This document shows positions 29,839 to 32,000 of a stretch of 32,000 bases of DNA, piece after piece. The number at the start of each line of letters is the position of its first letter. Within the stretch, counting starts at the first letter, position 1. A model generated the notes under the pieces. It searched no databases. It was not told where the DNA came from and was given only the letters and a program-made list of their open reading frames with translations. The stretch comes from a cyanobacterium endosymbiont of Epithemia turgida isolate EtSB Lake Yunoko (lineage in GTDB: Bacteria; Cyanobacteriota; Cyanobacteriia; Cyanobacteriales; Microcystaceae). The stretch covers positions 1,260,001 to 1,292,000 of the forward strand of contig NZ_AP012549.1 in the NCBI RefSeq assembly GCF_000829235.1, given 5' to 3'. A program made the translations under genes and the position numbers.

Positions 29839-29882
29839 CAAGAAAATCTTGGAGGTTCATTGAAAACTCCAAGATTTTCTTG
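29839..29882. repeat. 16-bp perfect inverted repeat with a 12-nt loop
   Basis: caagaaaatcttggag-gttcattgaaaa-ctccaagattttcttg, 113 bp to the right of the 57-bp palindrome. Confidence 0.85.
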
Positions 29883-30283
29883 TTATGATAGCCCCCGACG
29901 CCTCATGAAGATTGCAAGTGTGTACATAACACCCTAATCTTGCCCAAACTTTGAGAACGGTTCGTAACTTAGCTTAGCTTGAGGTCTAAATGCTGGGAAA
30001 CGCTTCTAACTATTGTTAATAATAAAGTATACTCGTTTTTTCCCGAGTCTATTGGAGCATAGTCTTTGATACCCATACAAGATAAAGATTCTGAACGTTT
30101 TGTAAATATAAACCTCGACCTTTGTATTGATACCAAGACAATAGCGATTATCTTAGACTAAAAGGCAATCAACTCCTATTTATTAGGTACAGATTCTTAA
30201 AGTAAAGATTTAATTAATTAAATTTTTTCCATAGAACTTTTCCTATGACTTATTGAGAAAAAACGGTTGATAAACTTTATCGC

Positions 30284-30622
30284 TCACAGTTTCGTTGTTT
30301 TACTTATTGATTGCAAAGATTGTTCAAACTCCATCCGTTGTTCTACATTTCGTAGAAAATAGCCACTCATCATAGCAGAAGCTAATAAACGTCCCAAATC
30401 CTCTCGACTAGTATTCACGGTAATACTAAAGTGTTCGGATGGAAGATTTCCTAACAAACCAACAATATTCTGTTCCATAAATTGGAATACTTCAGAAGAG
30501 TCTGGCTTTGACAATCGGGCAATAGTTTCTGGGCTTAAAGATTGAATATATCTCCACAAACTCTGCCCATTTTCTCTCTCATTGTCAGAGAAATGCCGAG
30601 AATATTTAAAGTTATTAGTCAC
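30284..30622 (-). CDS. DUF760-family protein (conserved in cyanobacteria and plastid-bearing eukaryotes)
   Basis: 112 aa. Pattern LWRYIQSLSPETIARLSKPDSSEV..FMEQNIVGLLGNLP...F.V.....REDLGRLLASAMMSGYFLRNVEQR matches my memory of DUF760. Confidence 0.6.
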   Translation of the reverse strand: MTNNFKYSRHFSDNERENGQSLWRYIQSLSPETIARLSKPDSSEVFQFMEQNIVGLLGNLPSEHFSITVNTSREDLGRLLASAMMSGYFLRNVEQRMEFEQSLQSISKTTKL

Positions 30623-30795
30623 TGCTGATCTCCTATAAACTCTACCTAAATCAAGGGGTTATTAACCATAACATAACTAATAGGATGGTATCGATAACCT
30701 TCCTGTTTCACTTTAACAAGTTTAGTTGTTATATTAAGGTCAGTAAAACCGAACTGCCTTTCTGTATTCTCCAACCTCTTAATCTTAGAAATTAC

Positions 30796-31752
30796 TTAGC
30801 TAGCCAAGTATTCCCTAATATTAGCCTTAAGTTTTCGGAGTTTTGCTAAGGCTTCTCGTTCAATTTGTCTAACCCGTTCACGACTAATATTAAGGATAGT
30901 ACCAATTTTAGCTAATGTCAGAGGTTTGCCATCAGCGAGGCCAAATCTTAAAGCTAATACTTCTTTTTGTTGTGGTGTAAGATCTTCCATTAGTTTGTCG
31001 AGATCCAACTGCAAGGAGGAATAGGTAGCATAATCTTCAGGAGAAGGTCCGCTATCCTCTAATAAATCTCCTAATTCGGTGTCTTGGTTATCTCCTACCC
31101 GTAGATCTAAAGAGAGGGGTTGACGAGCGCGTTCTAGGTATTCCCGAACTTGTTTCGGGGTTAACTCTAGTTCTTCAGCTAGTTCTTGAATGGTCGCGGC
31201 ACGGCCTTTTTCTTGGGCAAGTTGTCGTTGTGCTTTCTTAATTTTATTAAGTTTTTCTGTGATGTGAATCGGTAAACGAATGGTGCGACTTTTTTCAGCG
31301 ATCGCACGGGTAATAGCTTGACGAATCCACCAATAAGCATAGGTTGAAAAACGATATCCTTTAGTAGGATCAAATTTCTCTACCCCACGTTGCATCCCAA
31401 TAGTTCCTTCTTGAATCAAGTCTAGGAGATCTAAATTGCGCTTAAGGTATTTTTTAGCCACTGATACGACTAAGCGAAGATTAGCCTCAACCATTTTACG
31501 CTTAGCTGCTTCTCCAGCAGCAATAACTGAGCGAAGTTCCTTCTGGGTGATTCTAGCAGTTTTTGCCCACTGAGCTACGGTGGGTTCTTGTCCTAGTTCT
31601 TCAGCTAAAGATTCTTGTATGTTCTCTAGGTTAACCAATTGTTGTACTCGCTTAGCATAAAGGATTTCTTCCTCATGAGTCAGTAAAGGAACACGACCAA
31701 TTTCTCTTAGATAGGCACGAACAGGATCTGGAGAAGTTGTGGAAATTTTCAT
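30796..31752 (-). CDS. RNA polymerase sigma-70 family factor, group 2 type
   Basis: 318 aa. [21 protein letters not shown] (region 1.2), [41 protein letters not shown] (region 2), [24 protein letters not shown] (region 4.2 HTH). No long region 1.1, hence group 2 rather than the principal sigma. Confidence 0.9.
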   Translation of the reverse strand: MKISTTSPDPVRAYLREIGRVPLLTHEEEILYAKRVQQLVNLENIQESLAEELGQEPTVAQWAKTARITQKELRSVIAAGEAAKRKMVEANLRLVVSVAKKYLKRNLDLLDLIQEGTIGMQRGVEKFDPTKGYRFSTYAYWWIRQAITRAIAEKSRTIRLPIHITEKLNKIKKAQRQLAQEKGRAATIQELAEELELTPKQVREYLERARQPLSLDLRVGDNQDTELGDLLEDSGPSPEDYATYSSLQLDLDKLMEDLTPQQKEVLALRFGLADGKPLTLAKIGTILNISRERVRQIEREALAKLRKLKANIREYLAS

Positions 31753-32000
31753 AATGTGTAGTACAGTAGCAGTTTCAGGGTAATTGTAAGGTTATATGAA
31801 ATATTTTCTGATTTTATAAGAGTAACTGAGGAAATCCTATTTGAGTAGATTATGGTTTTCTGTTTTATTCATGGCTTTCGCCCATGGTATTTGGTATTTA
31901 GATTTAGAATTGACGACCATTCGGGGTGATGTCTTGATAAATTGGCAAGTTATGGGTTGAGAGTCAGTATTTACACTTTTTGTTCCTTAATAAGGTTACA

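Overview
This is a low-GC cyanobacterial chromosome segment. The taxon call rests on an aldehyde-deformylating oxygenase gene, a group-2 sigma factor, DUF760 and PRC-barrel proteins, and three perfect HIP1 octamers (GCGATCGC). Recognisable, apparently intact genes are nrdB (partial), nrdA, a PRC-barrel protein, a Gfo/Idh/MocA oxidoreductase, a MAPEG protein, a CNNM/CBS membrane protein, tRNA-Tyr(GTA), tRNA-Thr(GGT), an HpnJ-like B12/radical-SAM enzyme, ado, uvrA, aat, rpsN, an LCP (LytR-CpsA-Psr) protein, dxr, a MutT-type NUDIX hydrolase, DUF760 and a sigma factor. The main oddity is architecture. Summing my feature coordinates, only about 54% of the window is intact gene. The rest has two forms. 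(a) Four ORF-free, extremely AT-rich tracts of 0.7-1.9 kb at 403-1091, 4790-6375, 14138-16055 and 21427-23090. (b) Tracts of ordinary composition that are full of stop codons. In these I can read a TetR-like N-terminal stub abutting a beta-hydroxyacid-dehydrogenase C-terminal stub (a deletion scar) and a YbjN/CesT-like gene with an in-frame TGA. This looks like genome erosion, as in an endosymbiont or a Trichodesmium-like genome, rather than a mobile or defence island. I found no CRISPR array, rRNA, intact transposase or recognisable defence system. The most interesting points are: ado stands alone behind its own terminator with no adjacent acyl-ACP reductase gene; a 57-bp tandem duplication in the ado leader carries two 13-codon mini-ORFs; and a perfect 27-bp-arm palindrome plus a 16-bp-arm hairpin lie upstream of the NUDIX gene. 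All functional calls come from motif recognition by eye, since no database search was possible.
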